Source of the DNA: Bythopirellula sp. | GTDB lineage: Bacteria > Planctomycetota > Planctomycetia > Pirellulales > Lacipirellulaceae | Reading direction: 5' to 3' | DNA: 64,000 nt | NCBI GenBank assembly: GCA_028285205.1 | Contig: JANQQA010000294.1 | Coordinates: 2,021-66,020 of the forward strand | Shown: piece after piece, positions 1 through 8,854 of the stretch | How the letters are laid out: each line of letters starts with the position of its first letter | Position numbering within the stretch: position 1 is the first letter of the stretch | Program-made: the position numbers and the translations under genes | The notes under the pieces: model-generated | The model's input: only the letters and a program-made list of their open reading frames with translations | The model's database searches: none | Told to the model about the DNA's origin: nothing

Positions 1-93
1 ACGTTGAAAACGCTCGTGCTTGACGCAATGAACGATGATCGTCGCGAAATCCCAGTACCGAGACTCACGGAAGGAGTGACCAATGAAACCTGA
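1..93 (+). CDS. 3' end of an upstream gene (partial, runs off the window)
   Basis: Frame 1 is open from base 1 to TGA at 91-93 (..LDAMNDDRREIPVPRLTEGVTNET*). It overlaps the next start at 83, as elsewhere in this packed operon. Confidence 0.35.
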   Translation, partial: TLKTLVLDAMNDDRREIPVPRLTEGVTNET

Positions 94-491
94 ACTACAA
101 GACAAGCTAGTCGATTATCTCGGCACGTTGGAAGAAGCAGTGAAGACCGGCAGCGACTTTGTAGCCGATCAGGCACCACTGGTTGTGCAGGAGTATCTGA
201 CGTGGTTCTTTTTGGGAAGCGGTGATTTGGTGCGGAATACTTACGACCGTTGTTCTGTTTCTCTTGTTCCTGTTGTGGCCAGTCCAAAAATTATCCCTCA
301 AGATTCCAAGGGATAATGCTGGGCAGCGATCCGGGACATGGGCGTTGAGGGTGACGTATTGGATTGTGTGTGCGAGCACCATCCCACCTGTTGTGTTTGG
401 TGGAATTGTGAAGAACGCTGTCACCGCCCTGCAAATCACCATCGCCCCCAGAGTGTTCCTGCTAGAGCGTATTGCGGAGCTTGTGAAATGA
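83..491 (+). CDS. Small membrane (holin-like) protein; frame broken at a T5 run
   Basis: ORF 83..316 (MKPELQDKLVDYL..VQEYLTWFF) continues sensibly only in the frame of ORF 222..491 (WEAVIWCGILTTVVLFLLFLLWP.. plus a second hydrophobic stretch). The switch is at TTTTT 209-213. The 3' end makes an ATGA overlap with the next gene. Confidence 0.6.
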
Positions 492-646
492 CAAAGCAAC
501 AACTGTCGGAAGCCATCGCAGACGAGATTAAGTGGGCCATCAACTGGCCAGAGCTTGAAGGTGCCGAAGTGGAATTGAGTGACATCACGGACGGCGTGGT
601 GGAGAAGCTGGTCGATTTGGGTGTGCTGGAAGGGATTGACGAATGA
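488..646 (+). CDS. Hypothetical small acidic protein
   Basis: Internal ATG of ORF 338..646 (MTKQQLSEAIADEIKW..). ATGA overlap with the upstream stop and ATGA overlap with the next start at 643. Confidence 0.7.
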   Translation: MTKQQLSEAIADEIKWAINWPELEGAEVELSDITDGVVEKLVDLGVLEGIDE

Positions 647-1440
647 AACTCCACCCCCAGAACCAAGAACAAATCCGTGCGTTTCTGGACGGGAGCCGAA
701 CGCAGGTAAGTGTGTTGGTTGAGCCGCAGCCAAAACTGTGTGGCCTATTGAATTCATTGCGACCGCTGTATCGCTGGGACGACGGTGCTGGAGACGGGTT
801 CGCTGGCGTCACGGAAGAACAACTCTGCAGCGACAAGGGTTTGCTGCACAAGAGCCGCTTACCTCTCGGCAATCCCGGCGACATCGTGTGCTTCACAGAG
901 GAGTGGCGAATCTGGTCTTGGACCGGACCAGAGCGACACGAGCCAGAGGTAGTTCAATATCGCGACGAATCAACACGCGGCATTGACATGAATCTGGCCG
1001 ATGCGTCCCGCGATTACGACAACTGGCTGGAGCAAATGGCGTGGGAGTCGTGTGCCGACTTTGAAAAGGCGGGCTTTAAGTATGACGACGGCATTGAGGA
1101 ATGGGACTTCGACTGGGACCACGACGACCATCCGTGCCGATGGCGTCTCGCTTCCGAGACGCCTGAATGGGCCTGCCGCGTCAAGCGAGAGATTGTGTCG
1201 GTGAGTGCGGGGAGGCTGCAGGCGATTAGCGAAGCGGATGCAGTGTCCGAAGGCTTTGTGTTTCACTACCCCACTGGAGATGCGAACGTGATTCGGTTCG
1301 CTCAAGGGCGGCAACCAACATTGCGTGACCCGTCAACAGCGTCCGCTGCATTTTCAAAACAATGGGACCGCGACCACCCCGGCCACCCATTCCGTGGGAA
1401 TCATTGGGTGTGGCGTTACGAAGTGAAGGAGATCGCATGA
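643..1440 (+). CDS. Hypothetical protein, C-terminal ASCH-like domain
   Basis: 265 aa ORF. The C-terminal segment VSVSAGRLQAISEADAVSEGF resembles the conserved ASCH-type motif seen in phage proteins. Translationally coupled on both sides. Confidence 0.8.
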   Translation: MKLHPQNQEQIRAFLDGSRTQVSVLVEPQPKLCGLLNSLRPLYRWDDGAGDGFAGVTEEQLCSDKGLLHKSRLPLGNPGDIVCFTEEWRIWSWTGPERHEPEVVQYRDESTRGIDMNLADASRDYDNWLEQMAWESCADFEKAGFKYDDGIEEWDFDWDHDDHPCRWRLASETPEWACRVKREIVSVSAGRLQAISEADAVSEGFVFHYPTGDANVIRFAQGRQPTLRDPSTASAAFSKQWDRDHPGHPFRGNHWVWRYEVKEIA

Positions 1441-1697
1441 CAACCTGCCGCTACTGCAAGCACTCACGCTGGATGCTTGCGACAAATGGGGAGCGAATCA
1501 AGAAGAAGACATACGGAAAGTGTTCAGCAGTGTCCAAGACCATCCAAACTGCGATATGCGTTGCTGTCAGGACGAACCGCAGCATGATATGGCCCGACAC
1601 CGACGCCACGGACTGCCCGATGTACGAAGAGAACAACGGACCATTACAACCCATCGACGGTACGGAACCGCCACTGGGGATTGTTGAACTTGGATAG
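1437..1697 (+). CDS. Hypothetical Cys-containing protein
   Basis: Internal ATG of ORF 1362..1697 with ATGA overlap to the upstream stop (MTTCRYCKHSRWM..). Confidence 0.7.
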   Translation: MTTCRYCKHSRWMLATNGERIKKKTYGKCSAVSKTIQTAICVAVRTNRSMIWPDTDATDCPMYEENNGPLQPIDGTEPPLGIVELG

Positions 1698-1709
1698 GGA
1701 GAATGAACG

Positions 1710-1880
1710 ATGGCAAACATGAGTTACTGCCGCTTCCAAAACACGATTGAGGACTTATACGACTGCTACGACAACATGGACAAAAGCGATTTGAGCGAAG
1801 AGGAGGAGATCGCCAGAACGCGACTCATCAAGCTGTGTGGTGAAATCTCAGCCAATTACGGGGATGACTACGACGAATGA
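1710..1880 (+). CDS. Small conserved phage protein (SYCRFxNT motif)
   Basis: 56-aa ORF below the track cutoff: MANMSYCRFQNTIEDLYDCYDNM..GDDYDE*. The stop overlaps the next ATG at 1877. Confidence 0.6.
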   Translation: MANMSYCRFQNTIEDLYDCYDNMDKSDLSEEEEIARTRLIKLCGEISANYGDDYDE

Positions 1881-2293
1881 CACACGACGAATACTTCCCC
1901 GGTAGCAACGAACGCCTTCACGCATGGATCGTAGGCCAGCGGAGTCAAGGGCGTACGAAATGCTGGGTGTGCGGTCACGACTGGAGCAAGTCCAACGCGC
2001 AATTCCGGCGTGCCCAGACGCACCACATCGAGCGAAAGAGCCACTGCTATCCAGAATACGCGCACGTCGAGTGCAACTTATTCACTTCATGCGAACAGTG
2101 TCACATGGGTCCGTTGGCAACGATGTCTCATGCACTCCAATTAGCGCATAAGCTGAAGAACGATCCTGAAAATTTCAACTTGCAAATGTGGCTGCACTGT
2201 CGAGACGGGCCTGTTCTGCGGGATTACGAACCCGGCAACGAGCGTGTGACTCAGGCTGAAGTGGATTTGGAATTAGATGCGTTGGGGGCATGA
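1877..2293 (+). CDS. HNH-type zinc-finger nuclease-like protein
   Basis: 138 aa with CWVCG..THHIERKSH..N..CEQCH, the CxxC/HH/N/CxxCH arrangement of HNH proteins. Confidence 0.75.
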   Translation: MTHDEYFPGSNERLHAWIVGQRSQGRTKCWVCGHDWSKSNAQFRRAQTHHIERKSHCYPEYAHVECNLFTSCEQCHMGPLATMSHALQLAHKLKNDPENFNLQMWLHCRDGPVLRDYEPGNERVTQAEVDLELDALGA

Positions 2294-2559
2294 AATTCCG
2301 CGCGGAACCACCTCCCAGAAAACACGGGTCAACCCCCGAAATAAAAAAATCTCAGTCGAGCATAGTAGACCGGGCAACTCTGAAAACGGCCTGATTCGAG
2401 TTGGACACTTTTGCGGATAAGACTGCCACGAGCAAACGACTTACGACGACGAAAATGACGTAACTCCTTTGGTGATGGTCGAGGGAAGTAATGAAAAACG
2501 CCGCTCATAAAATTCATTGTGTTTTGGACAACCCTTCCACGATGAACAGGAGTGGCGAA

Positions 2560-3024
2560 ATGCAGTTTCAGGTAAACGATGGCGGACGGAAGAATGCAGG
2601 TTTCAGCGGCACCGCTGGTGATTGTGTGGCGAGATCGATCGCTATCGCAGCGCGACTGCCCTACCTCGAAGTCTATGAGGCTTTGGCTGACGGCAACGCG
2701 AAGCAACGGCGAACCAAGAGGAGCAGCGCATCATCCGGCAAGAGGACGGCACGCGAAGGGATCGAGACGTCGAGAAAGTGGTTCAAGGATTACATGCGGT
2801 CGCTCGGCTTCGAGTGGACGGCAACGATGCAGATTGGAAGCGGGTGTCAGGTTCACTTGCGGGATGGCGAGTTGCCGCTTGGCAGACTCGTGGTGTCGCT
2901 GTCGAAACACTACACGGCGGTAATCGATGGAGTGACTCACGACACGCACGATCCGAGCCGCAACGGAACGCGATGTGTGTATGGGTACTGGGTAATCAGT
3001 GACCCGCTAGAGGAGCGGCCATGA
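2560..3024 (+). CDS. Conserved phage protein, possible papain-like Cys/His fold
   Basis: ORF 2491..3024. The start is preferred at ATG 2560, which has GGAG 7 nt upstream. Motifs DGGRKNAGF, AGDCVARSIAIA and HYTAVIDGVTHDTHD recall a family common in actinophages. The catalytic role is inferred only. Confidence 0.75.
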   Translation: MQFQVNDGGRKNAGFSGTAGDCVARSIAIAARLPYLEVYEALADGNAKQRRTKRSSASSGKRTAREGIETSRKWFKDYMRSLGFEWTATMQIGSGCQVHLRDGELPLGRLVVSLSKHYTAVIDGVTHDTHDPSRNGTRCVYGYWVISDPLEERP

Positions 3025-3125
3025 CCTACCACACCGAACTAATCGGCCCCGGCGACGACTGGGCCATCGAAGACGAATGCGGAAAGGTAACAAGAAGCCA
3101 ACACAAGGGAGACTATTGTGGATAG
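3021..3125 (+). CDS. Hypothetical 34-aa protein
   Basis: AGGAG lies 5 nt upstream of ATG 3021 and there is an ATGA overlap with the upstream stop. Sequence: MTYHTELIGPGDDWAIEDECGKVTRSQHKGDYCG*. Confidence 0.4.
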   Translation: MTYHTELIGPGDDWAIEDECGKVTRSQHKGDYCG

Positions 3126-3426
3126 CAATGATTCAAAACTGCTGCGGTTGGTTGAAGAACTGAATGACATTGGCTTCGGTGCAAACGGCGAAGCGAGGGC
3201 ATCAGTAACGATGACCGGAAGCTATTCGGATATTTCATGGGGCGACATCGTGCTGTGGGACTCCGAAGGAAACTTCCGGTTAGAACTTGATGTTGATGAT
3301 GAATGGGGCTGGGAACCGTCGCTTGAAGTGTGCCTATTCGTTCTTCGGGAGGAGATGAAACGACTTAACGCACTCGCGGACGGGATGCTGCGAGGCATAG
3401 AAGCAAACCACCCATTCGTCTCGTGA
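3118..3426 (+). CDS. Hypothetical acidic protein
   Basis: 102-aa ORF with a GTG start and AAGGGAG 7 nt upstream. Confidence 0.75.
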   Translation: MDSNDSKLLRLVEELNDIGFGANGEARASVTMTGSYSDISWGDIVLWDSEGNFRLELDVDDEWGWEPSLEVCLFVLREEMKRLNALADGMLRGIEANHPFVS

Positions 3427-3445
3427 GACAGAAAGTAGGACAAGC

Positions 3446-3823
3446 ATGAATACCGACCACCCAATCCCCGCCGAAGCGTCCTGCGGGCCAGCAGAGGCGG
3501 CTGACGACGTGAAATGGGCGATGCGATTCTTCAATGAGGATAGCTACTTCCACCAATGCCAGACAATGGAGGCGGTCAAGCACGGTCGCACACTCGCTCG
3601 ACGTGTGGAAGAACTGGAAGGAAAGTTTCAGGAGTGTGGAAACACGTTCTTTGACTACGAGACCCAACTCAGCGTAGTCCGCAACCAACTCGCCTCAGCA
3701 GAGAAGGTGATTGCGTGCATCGAGCTTGGGCGATACCACGCAGCCAGAAACAGGGCAAGAGAGTACCGCGAACAATTCCCAGTTACACGCGAACCCGACA
3801 GCAAGGGAGAGGCCAATGGTTGA
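3446..3823 (+). CDS. Hypothetical protein
   Basis: 125-aa ORF. Its 3' end carries a copy of the GTTACACGCGAACC motif. Confidence 0.75.
   Translation: MNTDHPIPAEASCGPAEAADDVKWAMRFFNEDSYFHQCQTMEAVKHGRTLARRVEELEGKFQECGNTFFDYETQLSVVRNQLASAEKVIACIELGRYHAARNRAREYREQFPVTREPDSKGEANG
3782..3795 (+). repeat. Motif copy GTTACACGCGAACC
   Basis: Lies 20 nt upstream of ATG 3816. Confidence 0.85.
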
Positions 3824-4193
3824 CGTAAGCGAAGCAGCGGAACGGTTGCGCAACCCGGAATGGTGGCGCGATTTCGATGCTATCGCCACACAAGAGGGCG
3901 TGATGGCCCAACAACTGGCAGACTTGCGTAGGCTTGCCGATGCCTACCTTGCCGAACACCCGCGTGACAATGTGACGACGCCACAACAGCGAGCTGAATT
4001 GGTGGATGAACTGAAGTCGTGGGTCAACGTCTATGGCGACATGCACTTAATACCGTGGGACAAATTGACTCGCGGCACAGTGCAGCGATTGCTGGACGAG
4101 TTGAAGGAGCCGAACACCGTCGCCCAAGACATCACCGAGGGGCTGACAGATTTCGCAAACTCACTGAAAGAGGGGGAGCAACCCAATGAATGA
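3816..4193 (+). CDS. Hypothetical protein
   Basis: Internal ATG of ORF 3711..4193 (MVDVSEAAERL..). GGAGAGG lies upstream and the start overlaps the upstream stop. Confidence 0.75.
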   Translation: MVDVSEAAERLRNPEWWRDFDAIATQEGVMAQQLADLRRLADAYLAEHPRDNVTTPQQRAELVDELKSWVNVYGDMHLIPWDKLTRGTVQRLLDELKEPNTVAQDITEGLTDFANSLKEGEQPNE

Positions 4194-4611
4194 AATCACC
4201 CCCGCAGAACTCGACTCTTGGCAGAAACTGTGTGATGCGGCGACACCGTTGGACGACGCGACAATTGCTAGATACGACCACGGCGGCGGTCGCGTTTACG
4301 TTGGCGAACTGTCCGGCGAACGTGAGCTAATCATGGACCTCTACGGTGATGGAAGCGACCGCGAGTTCTATATCAATTCCCGCACTGCCATGCCCCGACT
4401 GATTGCTGAAGTACGGCGGCTACGCGAGAAACGCGACCAGCAACGAAACAACGCCGACAGTTTAGTTCAGGCAATCAACCGCAGCGGGTACGACCTATCG
4501 CCATGTACGGGTTGTGGCGTGATGCAAGTTGTTCTTTCGGGTGAACGGGTGAGATGTGGGGGCTGTGCTGAGAAGCAAATGGGGAGCGAGGAGCAATCTA
4601 ATGCCGAGTGA
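4186..4611 (+). CDS. Hypothetical protein with C-terminal zinc ribbon
   Basis: 141 aa with CTGCG..CGGC near the C-terminus. Confidence 0.75.
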   Translation: MNEITPAELDSWQKLCDAATPLDDATIARYDHGGGRVYVGELSGERELIMDLYGDGSDREFYINSRTAMPRLIAEVRRLREKRDQQRNNADSLVQAINRSGYDLSPCTGCGVMQVVLSGERVRCGGCAEKQMGSEEQSNAE

Positions 4612-5095
4612 AGCCAGATGCCCACTAACAGGGCGAAAGTTGTGTCCTAAGTGCAACACCGCCGAGGGTGTTCACGGGGGTTGTGTTTGTGGTCACCTCG
4701 CCGCAAAAGGATTAGAGCCAATGCCGAGCAACCGACCGAAAGACGTGCAGGGTGCGATTAGCTGGTTTGCCGGTCAGGAGACAGTTCCAGAAGTCTACAA
4801 GTCAAACGTAATTCATGGACGCTCGCTTTGTCGCTACGCGCAATTTCTGGAAGCCAACTTGCGAGACAGCGATATTGTCCTCGGCGAAGGCTGGGAGAAG
4901 TCAGTGCGGAAAGTGCAGGGAGAAATCGACGTTGATGACACGCTGCACACCCAGTGTCTCTCGCTGTCAGCAGGGAACGCTGAGTTGAAAGACGAGAACG
5001 AACGGCTGAGGGTGGCACTGAAGGATGCTATTCGCCGCCCACTGGGTGTCGTTCCGGCATCGGCAGAGGAATTTTGTAGGGAGTCGCAGTTATGA
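4601..5095 (+). CDS. Hypothetical protein (N-terminal CxxC..C.C)
   Basis: Internal ATG of ORF 4556..5095 (MPSEARCPLTGRKLCPKCN..). Confidence 0.7.
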   Translation: MPSEARCPLTGRKLCPKCNTAEGVHGGCVCGHLAAKGLEPMPSNRPKDVQGAISWFAGQETVPEVYKSNVIHGRSLCRYAQFLEANLRDSDIVLGEGWEKSVRKVQGEIDVDDTLHTQCLSLSAGNAELKDENERLRVALKDAIRRPLGVVPASAEEFCRESQL

Positions 5096-5610
5096 CCGCA
5101 ACTGAAATCACCCGCGAGCAGATCGAGACGGCAGAGGGCGAGGAGTTGAATCGGTTTTGTGAATTGCTGGTTTTTGGGGATGACCTGACGGCAAGGACTA
5201 GCTCAAACAATCCGCGCCTGATGGATGCGGTCAACAACAGCCGGTCCTGGGATAACTCCGATGTGGATGACATTTTAATAGCGATGCGAGTAAACGAACC
5301 GTCGAGCGTGGCACTCTGGCGACTTCGCGGGAATCGTCGTTATCGAGAACAACTAGAAAGGGACGTAGCCAACTGGCGAGCCAAGCCCCGCGACTTCGTC
5401 GGCGATGGGAATGCGGAGCGGGAGTTGAAGGCAGAGTTGCGAGAACGATTCGGTGGACTGTCCTATCAATACATTGAAGGCAAGCCGGGCAGTTATCACG
5501 AATACGATGTCGGCGCGTTTGTATCTAAGGGGTGTGGAGTTGGCGCGGACGAGCCAACAGCCCTCTGCCGAGCAGCGTGTCTCGCGTGCCTTGAGCAGAG
5601 AAAGGGGTAG
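5092..5610 (+). CDS. Hypothetical protein
   Basis: 172-aa ORF with an ATGA overlap to the upstream gene. Confidence 0.75.
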   Translation: MTATEITREQIETAEGEELNRFCELLVFGDDLTARTSSNNPRLMDAVNNSRSWDNSDVDDILIAMRVNEPSSVALWRLRGNRRYREQLERDVANWRAKPRDFVGDGNAERELKAELRERFGGLSYQYIEGKPGSYHEYDVGAFVSKGCGVGADEPTALCRAACLACLEQRKG

Positions 5611-5612
5611 TG

Positions 5613-5993
5613 ATGGCTGGAAACCGATTCAGAATACTCAGTAAGGGCCACCGCAGCGAGCGGGGCAAGATGAACAAAACCGAAACGCGATATTCTGAAC
5701 TGCTCAAAGCGCAAAAGCTGGCGGGGGAGATCGCTGATTACTGGTTTGAACCCCTTTCGCTGCGGCTGTCTCGTCCAGCGAAAGGCCAGCCAGCAAGGTA
5801 CTCGCCGGACTTCCTGATATTGATGCCGGACGGGACCACGATCTTTGATGACGTGAAGGGGACTGGTATCGACAACGAAGCGTCAATTGTTCGAATCAAG
5901 GTCGCGGCAGAACTCTATCCGCTGTGGGTATTCCGAATTGCGAAGGAGAGGCGAAAGCGAGACGGCGGCGGCTGGGATGTCAAGACGGTGTAA
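5613..5993 (+). CDS. DUF1064-like PD-(D/E)XK nuclease (putative Holliday-junction resolvase)
   Basis: NKTETRYSELLKAQKLAGEI..YSPDFLILMPDG..FDDVKG matches the DUF1064 pattern (D..D/E-x-K). The start could be GTG 5610, ATG 5613 or ATG 5670. Confidence 0.75.
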   Translation: MAGNRFRILSKGHRSERGKMNKTETRYSELLKAQKLAGEIADYWFEPLSLRLSRPAKGQPARYSPDFLILMPDGTTIFDDVKGTGIDNEASIVRIKVAAELYPLWVFRIAKERRKRDGGGWDVKTV

Positions 5994-6063
5994 GCGATTG
6001 CCGCTGTACTGAGTGAGTACGCGGGAACGCAGGGGTAGTTCGATTAACACGAAAGGAAACTCA

Positions 6064-6276
6064 ATGCACCACTTCGTTCAAGGGCCACAAATTCGCTGCT
6101 CGAAATGCCAATCTGCGTCATTCGAGAACGTGACGTGGGGCAACGTGCGATTCATTCGCTGCCGTTCCTGCGGACACGAGAGCGAGCCGGAAGAAATCAT
6201 ACCGACCGCCAAAAGCGATAGCTTAATAACGACTCTCTACAAGCAGTCCGGCGAACAGCAAGTTCAGGAGTTCTGA
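6064..6276 (+). CDS. Zinc-ribbon protein
   Basis: Internal ATG of ORF 6013..6276 with AAAGGAAAC upstream. Carries CSKC..CRSCGH. Confidence 0.7.
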   Translation: MHHFVQGPQIRCSKCQSASFENVTWGNVRFIRCRSCGHESEPEEIIPTAKSDSLITTLYKQSGEQQVQEF

Positions 6277-6370
6277 TTCCGCTACGGAGTGAGTTAGCCG
6301 TGTTTCACATTGGGAGATTGATCTAATAACAAACGAACAATTTGAACGATGGGAAGACTTCGCATTACGG

Positions 6371-7018
6371 ATGGCGCGGACGTGCTACGCGACCAGCCGT
6401 CGTCCATCACGAGATTGGATAATCAACGAGATTGAATCGTTTTTCGATTGGATGCCGAAGGATGTCGTCGGATGCATTGTCGATTGGGACCATTCCACCG
6501 ACTATCCGATCGAGACACACGGGCGAGAATACAACCAGTCGTATTGCGGATGCGATGGAAAACGCCACGCGAGGGGTGGTGTGCCAGACCCAGAGTGCGA
6601 GGAGTGCCACGGAAGCGGACTCCACAACGCACCGCACAGGTGCCCGATTGTGTGCGACATGGTTTCCGAGCAATTCACATACGACGTGCCCTCGTATCGC
6701 TGCAAAGCCTGCGAATCCTATGACTGGGATGCGGAGTGTGATTGCGATGAAGTGGAAGAGTTGATTTACGAGCAGTGGCAAGAACAGTGGGCTGGTCCGG
6801 TGCGGTGTTGTATACGTGCGGGATTGGACTTCGCGTCTTCTCCATCGGCTGGCGTGATAGGTTTCACCGCTGGCGACCTGCGGCGGATGTATCCCGAAGG
6901 CGTGCCGAACTGGGTGAAGTCGGATGAGAAATGGTGCCCGGCGTTTTGTCCAGAACACGACGAATCGGAGTGCAGTTACTTCGACGAACTGCCGGATGAG
7001 CGTGCGATTGTGATGTGA
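6371..7018 (+). CDS. Cys-rich protein with DnaJ-type CxxCxGxG zinc-finger motif
   Basis: 215 aa and about 20 Cys, including CEECHGSG. Confidence 0.8.
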   Translation: MARTCYATSRRPSRDWIINEIESFFDWMPKDVVGCIVDWDHSTDYPIETHGREYNQSYCGCDGKRHARGGVPDPECEECHGSGLHNAPHRCPIVCDMVSEQFTYDVPSYRCKACESYDWDAECDCDEVEELIYEQWQEQWAGPVRCCIRAGLDFASSPSAGVIGFTAGDLRRMYPEGVPNWVKSDEKWCPAFCPEHDESECSYFDELPDERAIVM

Positions 7019-7178
7019 GTGCAAGCTACGGAGTGATTTCTCTTTGATTCAGAAATGGGGATTGATCGATGGCAAAGCGGATTCAGTTTGGACCCGTCAG
7101 TGTGCGATGGTGCCACTTACTGTTTCAGCTATGAAATGGTTGGCTAACAACTAGGCAGCTTAACAGGGGAATGAGCGA

Positions 7179-7406
7179 ATGAGTGAGCCGCGACAATTAG
7201 TCATCGTAACCGATGGAAACGACGACGCGCTCTACATTGATGGCGACCTGTGGGAGGAGCAGGAAGACAGCTATCTCTATGCCACCGAACTGGTCAAGGC
7301 GTCCGAGGGAAAACCGTGCGTCCTGAAAACGATCTCCCTCACCTATGCATTGGATGAGTGGCCGGATTCGCTGGAAGAGGCTTTGCTAGACCCGGAAACC
7401 AGTTAG
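7179..7406 (+). CDS. Hypothetical strongly acidic protein
   Basis: 75-aa ORF rich in D/E. Confidence 0.7.
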   Translation: MSEPRQLVIVTDGNDDALYIDGDLWEEQEDSYLYATELVKASEGKPCVLKTISLTYALDEWPDSLEEALLDPETS

Positions 7407-7419
7407 CGGAAAGAGCGAC

Positions 7420-7644
7420 ATGCAGATGCTCCCGGAAATCCACATCGTCTGCCGCCATTGCGATAACGACGAATCCAAGCACTGCTGGAGTCTGGACGGA
7501 TGGGCTGACGCGGAAGAAGAGACTCGTGGCCAGTGGGACGAAGACGAAGATGAATTCGACGGAGAACTGGGAATCTGGTGGACGCATACTGGCGTCTGCC
7601 CTGAATGTCAGAAGCAACCGAAGCAGCAGGCGGAATTGTTCTAA
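7420..7644 (+). CDS. Zinc-ribbon protein
   Basis: 74 aa with CRHC..CPEC and an acidic centre. Confidence 0.7.
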   Translation: MQMLPEIHIVCRHCDNDESKHCWSLDGWADAEEETRGQWDEDEDEFDGELGIWWTHTGVCPECQKQPKQQAELF

Positions 7645-7737
7645 GCGAAGAATGTGACATTTTAGCGACCATCTTCCTGACGTCGGGAAGATGGTCGAAA
7701 TCGAGGACCATTTAGGTAGGCAGAACGGAGAAAGACG

Positions 7738-7941
7738 ATGGCACCCAGCGCACAGCACCTGGAAGACATTAAATTGCTGAACTCAATTCGCGAAGCGATT
7801 TGCGACCGCCACTTTGCGTACGACAATCGTGCGCACGGCGGTGTTGTGAACATGCGGACGATTCAGCGTATCGAAGAAATTCTCGATATGCCGTGGCGTC
7901 AAGGACAAGAAAAGCTGCGTCGGGAAATGCAGGCAAGCTGA
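7738..7941 (+). CDS. Hypothetical protein
   Basis: 67-aa ORF. Confidence 0.6.
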   Translation: MAPSAQHLEDIKLLNSIREAICDRHFAYDNRAHGGVVNMRTIQRIEEILDMPWRQGQEKLRREMQAS

Positions 7942-7987
7942 AACTCTGTTAGTTCGATTTCACGCATAACGAAAGGGAACGAGGGGG

Positions 7988-8611
7988 ATGCTGGAATACA
8001 CATTCAAGCCAATTGAGCAATGGCCTGGCGAGCGAACCAAGCGACGACAGCGGGCACGATTCAACACGCAATGGGGAAAGACCCAGCAACTGCTGGGGGC
8101 CGAACTACGGCACCTTGCAGCCAAGAACGTAGTCATTCAAGCCGACTGCGACGACTCACAGATTCGCATTCGAGACGGGATGCTGCGGGCCGATGCTCGC
8201 CTGAACTCGCCCGGTGTGATCCTGACGTTCGACTCGAAACATGGTCCGTTGTCGTATCCCTGCGACACTTACACACACTACCAGGACAACGTACGAGCGA
8301 TTGCATTGGCGCTCGAAGCCCTCCGCAAGGTGGATCGTTACGGAGTCACCAAGCGTGCCGAACAGTACAAGGGCTGGAAGAAACTGCCCGACCCGAACAG
8401 CAGCACGGCTATGAGCCTGGATGCTGCGGTGTCAATGCTCTCGGCCCATTCCAGCATCGCCCCGGATTCAATCCGGTATTCCGCTGATGGACTCAAGGCG
8501 GCCTACAGGCAAGCGGCGAGAAAACTGCATCCGGACGGCGGAGGAAATCACACGCAGTTCGCTCAGTTGGGCGAGGCGAAACGGATCGTGGAACGTGAGA
8601 TGGCACTGTAG
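7988..8611 (+). CDS. J-domain (DnaJ-like co-chaperone) protein
   Basis: C-terminal AYRQAARKLHPDGGGNHTQFAQLGEAKRIV carries the HPD signature of J domains. The N-terminal domain is of a type seen in phage J proteins. Confidence 0.85.
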   Translation: MLEYTFKPIEQWPGERTKRRQRARFNTQWGKTQQLLGAELRHLAAKNVVIQADCDDSQIRIRDGMLRADARLNSPGVILTFDSKHGPLSYPCDTYTHYQDNVRAIALALEALRKVDRYGVTKRAEQYKGWKKLPDPNSSTAMSLDAAVSMLSAHSSIAPDSIRYSADGLKAAYRQAARKLHPDGGGNHTQFAQLGEAKRIVEREMAL

Positions 8612-8650
8612 TCGAGAAACATTCGATGTAGCGGGAATTGGGGATGCAAT

Positions 8651-8836
8651 ATGAACGTCAAACAGTGGGACGACGCCGGCAAACGCTGGTGGAACAACAA
8701 ATCGATTGAGCAGCGTCGCGCGATGTTACTATCGCCAGACGTGCAGGAAACTGGCAATTCGTCGTTGCAAACGCCCGCGGGCAGCCCGGCCCGCTGCTAC
8801 GAAGTGTTCGTGAAACCGCCGCCGAAGTCACGCTAA
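8651..8836 (+). CDS. Hypothetical protein
   Basis: 61-aa ORF. Confidence 0.55.
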   Translation: MNVKQWDDAGKRWWNNKSIEQRRAMLLSPDVQETGNSSLQTPAGSPARCYEVFVKPPPKSR

Positions 8837-8854
8837 TTCAGAGGCTCCTGCGCA

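Noticed and set aside
2329-2706. A 125-aa minus-strand ORF spanning the 2294-2559 gap and the start of the next gene.
   Set aside because: The sequence is not protein-like and it overlaps the conserved 2560..3024 gene. The gap is better explained as regulatory, given the TTCCGCGCGGAA palindrome and hairpin.
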